From Nitrospirota bacterium (lineage in GTDB: Bacteria; Nitrospirota; UBA9217): a stretch of DNA of 64,000 nt. Made by a program: the position numbers and the translations under genes. Positions 32,359 through 43,671 of the stretch are shown in pieces. Below the pieces are notes generated by a model. It did no database searches. It saw only the letters and a program-made list of their open reading frames with translations, and was not told the DNA's origin. Location of the stretch: contig CAVUHW010000022.1 of assembly GCA_963741205.1 (NCBI GenBank), positions 1 through 64,000 on the forward strand. The letters run 5' to 3'. The stretch's first letter is position 1. Every line of letters begins with the position of its first letter.

Positions 32359-33459
32359 CTATTGCACCAGGTTTGGTATATGCCCAGAGGTCACCGAGAT
32401 GTAAGTCCTCCGCCGGGGCCATTGATAATGCTGTCGCAGACAACCTGGGCGCAGATCACCTGTGTGTCCGGGGGGCTGGTAACTGAGGTTATTACAATCG
32501 TGGAAAAACCCACAATTGTCATGGTCCCGTTGTGGATTGCTGCAATCAGTCCGAATCATAGACAGGTACGGCGGTCGTCCATGTGGTGGAGTCGTTATCC
32601 TTGTCTAAGTACTCCGTCATTTTGTACCTTCATGGTATTAAAAAAGTCTGTCATGTTATCGAGGGCATTTGCTAGTGTTGCCACCGGTGAAATTGAATTG
32701 CGTCATGGCCCGCGATGGTCTCGGGGCTTGACGTAGGTCCCGTTATTCAGCCCGTCTATGGTGTTTCTGAGAGTATTTGCGCTGGACGGGCTTTGATCGT
32801 AAACATGCCATCCGGCGCATCCTGCTGGGTCATTCGTGGGATAAAGCTTGATGGGATTGTTGCAATAGACGTCCGGATCAGAGAACCAGGCCAGTGATAT
32901 ACCTACCGGCAAGGGAAGCGCACCTGGGGATACCTCGGCGGCGGTTAAAGACGCCGTGGCCGTCGCAGAAACATTGAAAGAACCTATGCCCAATACTCCC
33001 GCAAGGAGTGTTGCAACAGGGCCGTTTGCAACGTTGTCTTTGCGGGCAGTCACATTCACGGCAGTAGGTCCGGTTGACTGCGGGAGTAAAGGTTTGGGTA
33101 GCAGGGTTCCAATTGCCGAGTCTGAAATCTGACGCTGAGTGATGGTAACGCCGCTGACTCCGGTGGCTGACGTCGCCACCTCTTGGGCTATCGTGCAAGA
33201 AGAGCTCCGGCATCGGGCGTATATATGCGCGCCTGAGCAGATATGTCATCGGTGCAGTATAATTGCACCGAGTTCTCCCGCGGCAGCAAGCGCCGCGGTG
33301 TCGGCGATATTTTGAAGTTCGTTTCTGCTGACCATCATATAGCCGACGTCTATGGCGAAGGCTGCAAAGCCGATAAGCAAGAGCATCAGTCAATGACCAC
33401 TACTATGGTCACGGTACCTCTTTTGTCTTTTAACCTTGCGGAAAGCGTCTTCCGGTTCA
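32359..33459 (-). CDS. TadG-like pseudopilin/adhesin (several frameshifts)
   Basis: N-terminus KRG..IGFAAFAIDVGYMMVSRNELQNIADTAALAA; ends LVQ. Confidence 0.7.
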
Positions 33460-33587
33460 TGTTGACCAACTCCTTTACCGCTGTCAGAGAACCGCCGATT
33501 CCTGTCGGCAATTGATATCGTTAGCCGAGATGGCGGTGTCAAAGCAGCCATTGATTGTCGTTAGAAAACTTTGTCCTCGAACGGAGA

Positions 33588-34008
33588 TCATTCGCATCTC
33601 ATAACGGTATTTCCGGTCAGGGTGAGCCCAGTCGGACGACAAGCTTATGAAATTCGGCAAAACGAAAAAGTTATACGTGTAGGTGACGTTAACCGTCAGA
33701 AGATTGCCGGAGGTTGACACAAGGCGGCCGGGACCGTGGTGACGGGTGTTGCCGGGCCAAATGAGATCAAGTTGCTTGCGCAGTAATGTGTTGACTGTTG
33801 CTGTGATAGCGCCGGCAGTCCGGCCTGGGCGGCGTGCATCAACAATTCCCATACGCGCCCCCTCCCTGCTTGCGTTCGTGATTACGGCCTTATCATAGAG
33901 GATGATGCTGAACTCGATTATCATAAAAAGGACAAGAAGCAGCATGGGCAGTATAAGTGCGAACTCCACGGCCGCGATGCCCTTTTTCTCTATTTTTTCC
34001 GTATACAT
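33588..34008 (-). CDS. TadE-like pseudopilin
   Basis: KGIAAVEFALILPMLL...NASREGAR. Confidence 0.8.
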
Positions 34009-34312
34009 CTTGTCCCGTCCCTGCTGCGCATAGGTAGTATCGGTATTGATAAGCTCTGCGGCAGTCTGCTGAGGCCTGTCCTGAAGGAGCGAAGCTCTCC
34101 GTATATTTCTTCATAGTTCCGTCAGCGGCCGTGCCGGGAAGTCCCGTAACGGGCCTCAGGTTTTTCGAGGCCTCGGGGTTCAGGATCTGGCCTGACTTGG
34201 CCGCGTTGTACGACTTGCCGTAATCTTCTTCAAGGGCTCCGTAATGGGCGCACCCGGCCGTAATCAAAAAGATCAGGATAACGACTGTTGCATAATATTT
34301 TTCTCTCATCAT
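33980..34312 (-). CDS. Tad-associated small lipoprotein (end approximate)
   Basis: Lipobox TAGC, DYGKSY..QILNPEA. Confidence 0.65.
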
Positions 34313-34386
34313 TGCCTCCCGTATGACTTGGCTCTTAGCTCCTAGCTCTCAGCCATGAGTCCATCAGCTATGAACCGCTTCTATTA

Positions 34387-35832
34387 TTACGGAACGATAT
34401 AGCCTACTTCGCCGTCAAAACCCTTTTTGCTGACAGGCACAGTAAGATTTACGTTCTTTCGGCTTCCCGACAGATCGCCAAGGAGATAGAAGCTGAAGTC
34501 CCCGGGGTCGCCGTACTTGTCCGTGGGCAGCGTCTGCTTGCTCATGTCGAGGGGCTTTACGAGATGGGGAGTCACGATCACCACGAGTTCCGTCTCGTTT
34601 TTCTTAAAGGAGGAGCTTCTGAAACAGCGCTCCCAGGATCGGGATGTCGCCGAGGAGCGGGAATTTTGCGATGTCTTCGGTCACTTTCTCGCTTAAAAGC
34701 CCCGCTAAAGCAAAACTCTGCCCATCGGCGAGTTCGACGACCGTGGAGACGCTTCTTTCCGTAAAGGCCGGGATCACGAAGCCGTTCGCGATGATGGCGT
34801 TGGAAAAATCGAGGTCCGAGACGCGCGGCTCCACTTTCATCGAGATCTTCCCTTCACTCAGGACCGTAGGGGTGAAGCTTAGTCCCACGCCGAATTTTTT
34901 GAACGTGACGGATACCGTGCCGAGCCCGGAGGCTTCGGGAATCGGCACTTCTCCCCCGGCGTTGAAGCTGGCCGTCTGGCCGCTCAGGGCCGTAAGCGTA
35001 GGCTCGGCAAGAACGGTAAGCAGGCCGTTCTCCTTGAGGGCGTCAATAAAACCCGTCCAGGTGGCGCCGTCATGCACGAATCTGAATATTGCGTTGACGT
35101 TCTGGGAAACGGCTATTCCACCCGGAGCGCTGATATCCGAACTTCCAAATGGAAAACCCAGGGGCGGCTGCGTTTTAAGCGTGGTAAGGTTATTGAGGAG
35201 GGATACACCGAACTTGCTGCCGTCCGCCGATACTCCGTTGAAATTGATGCCGAGCCTTCTCACGGTGCTTTTCTGTATTTCGGAGACCCTCACTTCAAGC
35301 ATCACCTGCTGGACGCCGCCGACATCGAGAAGGTTGACCACCTTGCCGAAAGGCCCGGCCATGGCAAGCGCCTGCGAAAGATTTGCGGCGTTTGAGACCG
35401 TGCCCGAAAGGGTGATGGCATCATTGGAAGAGGATACCTTGATGTTCTCCTCCTGGGGGAGTATCTCATGGAGCTTCTCCTTGAGGCGGACGATGTCCGG
35501 ATAGACTTCAATGTCGAATGTGGCTAAGACGGTGTCGCCTTCCCACAGGGTCAGATTGGTCAGACCCGGCGCTTTCCCGGTAAGATATATCTGCCGGGGC
35601 GTAAGCACCATGGCGTCCGCGAAGCCGGGCGCGGCCAGGGAGACCCTCTTTACCGCGGTGGGGCTCTCGATGACGATGGATTTTCCCGACCATGAGGCTT
35701 ATCTTCTGGGGTGATGCGACATCGAGCTTGATTACAGACTCTTTCGCCGCGGCCTCATGAGCAAGGATAGCGTATGCTAAAAAAACGAATAATAACTGTT
35801 GATAAAGCCCCCCGGAATGGTCTATTCTCCAT
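34387..35832 (-). CDS. cpaC: Tad secretin CpaC/RcpA (frameshifted)
   Basis: QVMLEVRVSE, LAEPTL..SGQTASFNAGGE, DGQSFALAGL, LGDIPILGALF. Confidence 0.88.
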
Positions 35833-35836
35833 GACC

Positions 35837-36711
35837 CTATTCACTCCCTTCTTTGAATTTCACTTCATCGACTTTCTGGCCTTCGATCAACTGGACCTTT
35901 GAGTAATATTCCTTTGCAGGTACATGCGGCTCGGCAACGACCTTTTCTTCTTGCGTACTGCTTTCTTCTCCGGCGCGGGGCCCTTGCCGCTTAAAAACCT
36001 GACGAGCGACTGCACCGTGGCTCCCTTTGTGCCGATATTCTTGGTATCGCTGAAATTCCTGAGGGAGAGCTGGAGTTTCCCTTCCGCCGAGGCGAGGGCG
36101 AGCACTTCGGCCTCCTCGGGCGACACTTCGAGCGTGATCACGTCCACCTCGACGGGCTTTTCCTGCTTGCCTCTGATCTCCGTTTCCGTCCCGGTGGCGA
36201 GGACGGGGATGTTTTCGAGGACGGTCATGGTTACCGGCATGCATCGAATTTGCAGGCCTGAAGGTGGCGACGACGTCCACCCTGTTTCCCGGATGTATGA
36301 AGCCCGACACACCCTGCACCTTATCCACCTTCACGCCCATGGCCCGCTTGTTTTCGGATATCACGGCCGCAACTCCGCCTTTGGTGATGTCCGAGGGCGC
36401 CAGGCGGGATTCGAATATCGGCTCATCGGCCTTTATGGGGGTGATGACGACGCGCCCCGCAACCGTGGCTGGGTCTGTAAAGAAACCGATGTCAGGCTTC
36501 CCTTGAGGAATGGAACGGTCTTTACCATTTCCGGCTTTATGATCGTCCCCCAGTTCAGGTCAGTAACGGCCACGGCCACGTTCACGAGCTCCCCGCGCTG
36601 GCTTGCGAGCGCGACGGACCTGTCCTTGAGCCAACGGTAAACCAGAAAGCTCGTGGTGAGAGCGACCAACACGGTCAAGACGATAAGAATTATGGGTTTA
36701 TATCTTTTCAC
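35837..36711 (-). CDS. cpaB: Flp pilus assembly protein CpaB/RcpC (frameshifted)
   Basis: KRAMGVKVD..GVSGFIHPGNRVDV, VLENIPVLA, ITLEVSPEEAE. Confidence 0.85.
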
Positions 36712-36755
36712 ATCACACCCCCGGATTAACGGATAAATAATTTCACTTTAAATGC

Positions 36756-36786
36756 GGGAGAGATGCTTATCGAAGCATCTCTCCCG
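36756..36786. terminator. Strong hairpin between flp and cpaB
   Basis: CGGGAGAGATGCTT-loop-AAGCATCTCTCCCG. Confidence 0.6.
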
Positions 36787-36803
36787 AAAGCTTGCAGAAG
36801 CTA

Positions 36804-37003
36804 CTAAGTTGCCCGCCACAACGTGTAGGTCAGAAATTGCTTACCAATTGCAGCCGTAAGCATAGCCGCATGACTCGCCGGCAAGAAAGCCGCTGATGAT
36901 GATGAGCCGCCATGATGACTCGCGACCGAGCACCCACTCTCACGCTCACTTCGCCCTTTTCCTCCTGCAGTTTCATCCGCATGTATCTTAACATCTCCTT
37001 CAT
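36804..37003 (-). CDS. flp: Flp-type pilin (frameshifted as given)
   Basis: AGGAGGTG RBS; MKEMLRYMRMKLQEEKG-EVSV(E)... then a hydrophobic stretch across indels; first gene of the Tad operon. Confidence 0.65.
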
Positions 37004-37208
37004 ATATTTCCACCTCCTTTCGTGATAAAGATAAATTCGGCCCATGATGCCGTCTAGCTTCTCTATTTCTTATCCTGAACTTACATAAGCAGCATTTTAC
37101 TGCACTCATTCGTATGGCGATAAAGCTCTTGCAACGAGCTACCGGCATGAGCGATAAGCCATCTAAAAGATCCCCGGAATAAAGCGGGCTCTCCTCAGGG
37201 AATAGGTC

Positions 37209-37799
37209 TCATACTCCGGGAATATATTGGCAAGAAGCTTTTCTTCCTGTAAAGCACGGTATATCAACAATGCGATAAGCAGGCAATATATGGCCATTGC
37301 TGAAGTTGAGAGTCGGGCCAGGACAACGCCGAAAGATGGAAATCAACTCACCCAAATATACTGGATGGCGCACAAGCTTGTAAGGGCCTGTTTGCACCAG
37401 CCTTCTTGCCTGGGGAATGATGCTGAAGCTTCTCCCAAGCGTACTGAGCGAATAGAGCGCGATAGCAATACCGAATATGGTTGCCAGGTTGGCTGAGAGC
37501 ATTATGTCAGGATTATCCGATGGCCTGCTCAACATCGGTATAGTGAACGGCAAAAATGTTGCGACAACAGCGATGGTTTTTGTCAATAAAAGATTTTGTG
37601 GTTGATTTGGCGGCGGTTCTAATGAAGTAAAGAAAGACCAATAAAGCATAGAAGCATACAAGAAGCAGGCGATGTATGAGCGTGGCAACCTTAATCGTGC
37701 TAACGGGCTCTAAAGCTTTTGCTTCCCCGTAAACACCCGTTATGTTGATATCAATAACAGGCTGAATATCGGTATGATTATCAATCTTCCGATGTCCAT
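37209..37799 (-). CDS. Isoprenylcysteine carboxyl methyltransferase (ICMT/PEMT) family membrane protein (frameshifted)
   Basis: LGRSFSIIPQARRLVQTGPYKLVRHPVYLGE. Confidence 0.8.
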
Positions 37800-38706
37800 T
37801 TTATGCGCAATTTGGTTTATCGACACAAGCTTCCCCCGGATACACAAACAACCATGCATTTATGTTTACCTAAGAGAGCAAGTTCGATGCCACTATTGAG
37901 AAGCTCAAAATTTCAACTACTTGCCTGCGTCTATATCCGCGCTATGGTCAGGATTGATTCTTTTGGAAACAGTTTATTCTTTATTGCCCATTATTTTATT
38001 GATTGCACTGTTTCTTTTGGAAACAGTTTATTTAACTCACTATAAATTAATGGATATTGCAATATTTTTTGTTTACTTTGGATACATTGTGGGTCTCTCC
38101 AGAGTGTTTTCAAAGGCGCCATGAGCGCAACTACCTGCAATGTCTGCCGTTTCTTAAATGGTGTGTCATGGTTTTCAACTACCATATTTCGGATTGCCTG
38201 ATCGGCCAGTGCTCTAGATATGACGATTGCTGGCCCCAGCGTATCGGTGACAAATCTTGGTATCAACAGTGAGTCTAATTTTGGTATCAACATGAGTCTA
38301 TGCATGTCCGGAATAGCAGAGCTTTTTTCCCGTTGTCTCCTGGTAAGCAACCCGGCATCCGGCGGCAGGGGATGTCGAGAGCTTGATGGTAAGCTTTGCT
38401 GTTCATCGACATCATCATTCCTTGTACCTGACGATTAACAAATTTAAAACGGTTTTCCTCCGATGTAATCATTACAGGGAAAAGCTTTCGGGTCCTGATC
38501 CAAGATCACGCATAGGGGATCAGCGGATGCGCCATATCAATCGAAGCGTTAAGTGTTTCGAATACAAAAACGGTAGGGTAGGTATGGCTATACAATATTC
38601 AAACATCGCAGCACATCCATTTATGTGAAGCAAATTCCTGCAATGCATACCTCCGCGTCCCAAGTTTCCGGCACATGATAATCGGCAATCAGTGCGGAAA
38701 AAACGA

Positions 38707-38735
38707 TTGACAATTCTGATACAGGCTGTTATAAA
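38707..38735 (+). promoter_or_regulatory. Sigma70 promoter of ilvE
   Basis: TTGACA-N17-TATAAA with an extended TG. Confidence 0.6.
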
Positions 38736-38743
38736 TGTCGTCT

Positions 38744-39685
38744 ATGCTTCAGGCAACGGATAAGATCTGGATGAACGGCTCCTTCGTCAAGTGGGACGAC
38801 GCCAGGGTGCACATCCTTACTCATTCGCTCCACTACGGGACCGCCGTGTTCGAAGGCATCCGCTGCTACAAGGCCGATTCCGGTTCCGCGGTGTTCCGGC
38901 TCCAGGAGCATGTTGACCGGCTCTTCGATTCCGCGCACATCCTGCAGATGGAGATGCCCTTCACCCGGGAGGCCGTGACCGAGGCGATCCTCGAGACGAT
39001 CCGCGTCAACAAGATCGACGCCTGCTATATCAGGCCGCTCGCGTATATCGGCTACGGCGCCATGGGGGTCTTTCCCAAGGAAAACCCGGTTGAGGTTTCG
39101 ATCGCGGTCTGGCCCTGGGGCAGCTACCTCGGAGACGAGGGCATCAAGAACGGCATCCGCGTGAAGATCTCGTCGTTTTCCCGGCCCCATGTGAACGCGA
39201 CCATGGTCCGCGCCAAGACCACGGCGAATTACGCGAACTCGCTCTTGGCCAAGCGCGAGGCGCTCAAGGACGGCTACGACGAGGCCATCCTGCTCGATAC
39301 CGACGGTTATGTTGCCGAGGGCAGCGGCGAGAACGTGTTCATGGTGCGCAAGGGCGTGATCAAGACCCCGCCGCTCACCTCGATCCTGGAAGGCGTTACG
39401 CGGGACACGGTCATGCAGCTCGCGGCGGAGCGCGGCATGAGGCTTGCCGAAGAGCGGTTCACGCGGGACGAACTGTATATCGCCGACGAGGCCTTCTTTA
39501 CCGGCACCGCGGCCGAGATCACGCCGATCCGCGAAGTGGACAATCGCGCCATAGGATCGGGCAAGCCGGGGCCGGTGACCAAGGAGCTGCAGACGGTATT
39601 TTTCGATATTGTTCACGGCCGAGACAGCAGGCATGCGGATTGGCTAACGCCGGTCCATGCGAAACAGCCGGCGATGAAGAAATAA
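38744..39685 (+). CDS. ilvE: Branched-chain amino acid aminotransferase
   Basis: HSLHYGTAVFEGIR, YIRP, AEGSGEN, ILEGVTR, GTAAE. Confidence 0.93.
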   Translation: MLQATDKIWMNGSFVKWDDARVHILTHSLHYGTAVFEGIRCYKADSGSAVFRLQEHVDRLFDSAHILQMEMPFTREAVTEAILETIRVNKIDACYIRPLAYIGYGAMGVFPKENPVEVSIAVWPWGSYLGDEGIKNGIRVKISSFSRPHVNATMVRAKTTANYANSLLAKREALKDGYDEAILLDTDGYVAEGSGENVFMVRKGVIKTPPLTSILEGVTRDTVMQLAAERGMRLAEERFTRDELYIADEAFFTGTAAEITPIREVDNRAIGSGKPGPVTKELQTVFFDIVHGRDSRHADWLTPVHAKQPAMKK

Positions 39686-39795
39686 GATATCCGCAGATCA
39701 CAGAGACATCCAGACTGACAGCCTGAGTGCTCTGCAAGCATCCAGCTTTTCTCCGTAGCGCTCTGTGAGATCTGTGGCAATAGGTTTTCACAAGT

Positions 39796-39880
39796 GCCGA
39801 AGTGGTGGAACTGGTAGACACGCACGTTTGAGGGGCGTGTGGGGCAACCCATGGGGGTTCGAGTCCCCCCTTCGGCACCA
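39796..39880 (+). tRNA. tRNA-Leu (GAG)
   Basis: GCCGAAG...CTTCGGC-ACCA acceptor stem, anticodon loop TT-GAG-GG, long variable arm, GGTTCGAGTCC T-arm; 85 nt. Confidence 0.95.
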
Positions 39881-40039
39881 TTTTTACCCCAGCTAGAAAT
39901 TGTCGTAGAAAGCGGGATGAACCATTTGCGAAACGTTGGATGAACTGTGTTCTGCAACAGGGTAACTGATATACCTTTATCTTTATTGAACACTCGACAC
40001 AGGCACGCGGCATTCCATCCCGTTTTCCTGACTCATCCA

Positions 40040-41648
40040 ATGGCCAAACTTCTCCCCATAATTCTGTTCTGGTTCTCCGTCGTTTTCTTTCCCGTGGCAG
40101 GCCTTGCCCAGCCTCCGCAGAACGCCAGCCTCGGGATCGTGTCCGCTCCGCTTGCCAACGTCCACGAAGAGCCGCTCCCCAAGTCCCGGCTTGAGACACA
40201 AGTGCTCATGGGAGACGAGGTGCGCATCCTGGAGAAGCAGGACAACCGCTACAGGATCTCGATCCCGAACCAGGGCGACCGGGAAGGCTGGATCCAGCAG
40301 GAAGCCGTGCAGATTCCGAAGGACAAGGGTCGCTTCTATCTTAACTCCGATCGTCCCTGGATCATGATCGCGGTGCCCAAGTCCGAGGCGCTGATACTTG
40401 ACAAGACCGGCGATCATAAAGTCCCCCTCTATGCCGGCACGCGTCTTCCGGTGCTCGAAACAATAAAGAATGGTTTCAAGGTCCAGTTTCCGGACCGGTC
40501 CGTCGCAATCATCGCCGGCGCCGATGTGATGCCGGTGAAGTCCTCGGATCCGGTCGTGAACAACACCAAGCCCGACGAGATCGCGAACACGGCAAAGCGC
40601 TTCCAGGGCGCCCCGTATCTCGCGGGAGGAATGACCGCCCAGGGCATCGACATGAACGGCCTCATCTCCGTCAGCTACCGCGTCCATGGAATCACGATCA
40701 ACACGGAGCGTATCGGACATCAAGGCACAGGGAGCGCGCGTATCGAAGAAAGACCTCGATCCCGGCGATATCCTGGTCTTCTCCGGGGAGGGCAGGGGCC
40801 TTTACGTAGGGGACGGCCGGTTCCTCCAGGTTGCGAAAAAAGGCAAGGTCCAGCTTGCCGGCGTCGCCGACCGGCGACATGCCAACTCACTCCAATATTG
40901 CCTTCGGATTCTCGGCGCCGGCCCTGACGAGAACAAGCGCACGGCCCAGATGGCCGCCGACGAGATCCTCCTCGCGCAGGCGCGGGTGACGCAACTCCCA
41001 ATCGGCAAACGCATAGCCTACTGGGCAGGCCGCTTCATCGGGACCCCTTACGACACCGACCCGCTCGGACTCTATGTTCGTACGAACCGCATCATAGCCG
41101 ATGAGAAGGTCGACTGCATGTACCATACATTCCGCTCTGTAGAACTTGCGCAAAGCGGTACGCCGGGCGAGGCCGTCGACCGGGCGCTCGATCTCCGCTT
41201 TACCTCCCGGGGAAAGCTCGCGGACGGCCTCGTCACCAACTACGATGAACGGTTCCAGTACGGCGAGGACATGGTCATGAGCGGCAAGTGGGGGAAGAAC
41301 ATTTCTGCCGAACTCGGCGCGATAAAAACGATTCCCGGCTCGCGGGGCAAGGACACGGTGGACATCCTTCCGAAAGAGGCCCTCCTGTCCAAGGCGCTCC
41401 AGAAAAAACTCCAGGACGGAGACATCGTCTACTGGGTCAAGGACCCGAAGAAGCGCGTAGTCGAGGAGATCGTGGCCCACCTGTCCATCGTGCAGGTCAA
41501 ATCCGGCACACCCTATCTCATCCATGCCTCGGGGAGCAAGAACCAATGGGGCACTCCGAACGGCGGCGTGGTCAAAGAGGTCCCCTTCGCCGAGTACGTG
41601 AAGAACATGAAGTTCATCGGCGCCTTCGTGACACGCTTCGAGCAGTAG
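40040..41648 (+). CDS. Secreted SH3 + NlpC/P60-like + DUF1460 (AmiA-like) peptidoglycan hydrolase (frameshift near 40715)
   Basis: Signal peptide; ETQVLMGDEV SH3-like; AKRFQGAPYLAGG; FIGTPY..VDCMY..LQDGDIV..HL..LIHAS. Confidence 0.75.
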
Positions 41649-41784
41649 CCATTGGCTAAAAATAGCCCATAATCCGCTCCGCCGATTCTCGCCCCGGTCC
41701 CAATAGCTCCATCCTCCCTTGTCTCTTCTCTTGCCCTTTCCATCGAATTATAGTTAAAGTCATGTAAATATTGCAGAATACCCA

Positions 41785-42141
41785 ATGCTCGTGAATCTAG
41801 CAATCCATCAAGCAAGAAGATTTTACGCTATTCCGGAACCGAAGCGTGAGCTGGGCGCAGACTTCAACGATATGGGGAGACCTCGCCGAAGCCCTCTCCA
41901 TATGAAGCGGGGGAGCTGCTTGAAAACATTAGATACGTCTGGAAGACTGGCACCGATGCAGTCCCGCAATCTCGGACCTGCCGAAGAATTGAAGAACTGT
42001 AAAAGATCAGAACTGGCCGACATCTTCATATTTCTGACGTATATCAGCGAGGAATATCAATCGATCGGTTTAAAGAAGTTGAAAGCAAGATTCGCGCAGA
42101 ACGCCGCCAAGTATCCTGTGGCCGGATGTTTCAGAGATTGA
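41785..42141 (+). pseudogene. MazG-like/dCTP pyrophosphatase (heavily frameshifted: pseudogene or read errors)
   Basis: DLAEALS, AGELLE in other frames; ELADIFIFLTYI, NAAKYP. Confidence 0.65.
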
Positions 42142-42457
42142 CTGGGTGTACATCTGGATTAATCGTAAAGAGTTATCAAAGAAGTACGGCACACCGGACT
42201 ACTGGGGGTAGAGTAAAAGGTGAGAATAACTTTGAAAGATAACTGGGACGTTCGTTCTCAGAGTGCATTGCGGCGTAAGGTATCAAAGGCCTGCTTCTTT
42301 CCGAGCGACATGAATCGATTTGGCGAGATGTAATGCGGCGTGCGGCGGTAATCACAGTAAATTTGTAGCCCGGCTCACGGCAGCAAACCACCATAGGTAT
42401 ATAGGCTCCACTGCCTCAAGAAAGCAGAGCTTAAGTTTGTGGAGCGGGGGAAATAAT

Positions 42458-43478
42458 ATGAAAGCTGTATTGAGCACGGATTACAAAACCTTTCTCGGAG
42501 AGATAAAAGAGCGCATCCATAAGGCCCAGTATGATGCTCTTAAAGCAGTAAACAAAGAGCTGATAAACTTGTATTGGGACATAGGCAGAGTCAATAGTGG
42601 CAAAGCAGGATACGCTTAAATGGGGCAAGGCAGTTGTGGAGACGCTGGCAAAAGATCTGCAAAAAGAGTTTCCGGGGATACAGGGGTTTTCTGCTGAGAA
42701 CCTTTGGAGAATGAGGCAGTTTTACAAAACATATGCGGAAAACGAAAAACTCTCACCATTGGTGAGAGAAATTAGCTGGACAAAGAACGTCATCATTTTC
42801 ATGCAGTGCAAAAATGCTTTAGAGCGTGAATTTTACATCAAGGTGACGAAAAAGTTTGGTTGGACGAAGGATGTCCTGATACATCAGCTTGAGGCGGGCG
42901 CGTACGAGCGGTTCATGGCAAACCAAACCAATTTTGATAAGGCGGTGCCAGAACGGTACAGACATCAGGCGAAGCTCGCAGTGAAGGACGAATACTCATT
43001 CGACTTTTTAGAGCTTGCCGACGAGCACTCGGAGCGCGAGCTTGAGCGGGCGCTCCTTGAGCACGTCAGAAAGTTCCTCATAGAAATGGGGGGCTATTTT
43101 GCCTTTGTCGGCAATCAGTACCAGCTGGAAATTGATGACCAGGAGTTCTTCATCGATCTGCTGTTGTATCACCGGCAACTGCGTTGTCTTGTCGCAATCG
43201 AACTGAAAGTCGGGGCCTTTAAGCCCGAATATGCCGGCAAGATGCAGTTTTATCTTTCCGCCTTGAATGATAGAGCAAAGCTTCCGGAGGAGAACCCTTC
43301 CATCGGCATTATCTTGTGCAAGGATAAAAGCAGGACTATTGTGGAGTACGCGCTGAAAGACACAAAAAAGCCCATCGGCGTATCCACGTATAAACTGACG
43401 GAAAAACTGCCGAGGGACCTTAAGAAATATCTCCCGTCTCCTGAAGAGATGATTGAAAGAGTGAAGCTATTGGGCTGA
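42458..43478 (+). CDS. DUF1016/YhcG-like PD-(D/E)XK nuclease domain protein (frameshift near 42590)
   Basis: VNKELINLYWDIG, GFSAENLWRMRQF, IDLLLYHRQLRCLVAIELK, GKMQFY. Confidence 0.9.
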
Positions 43479-43671
43479 TTGATCCGTGAGGGCGTTCGTT
43501 CTCAGAGTGAAATCTCTTTGTGGCATAACGTTGTTGCCGTCTGCTCATTCTGCTCCTCGTACACTTTTTTCAGTTTGACATTTCCGCAACTTCTCTGCTA
43601 TTCTCTGCTGGAAATCACTGTTCCCACGCGATAACTCTGAACTCTGAACTCAGAACTATCGAAGGATTCTT

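Noticed and set aside
37005-37200. c-di-GMP riboswitch or sigma54 promoter upstream of flp
   Set aside because: No GEMM-type motif is visible, and the GG...GC candidate has 9-nt rather than 10-nt spacing
39796-43509. tRNA-Leu-anchored genomic island
   Set aside because: No integrase and no duplicated tRNA 3' end noticed; the next gene has host-like composition
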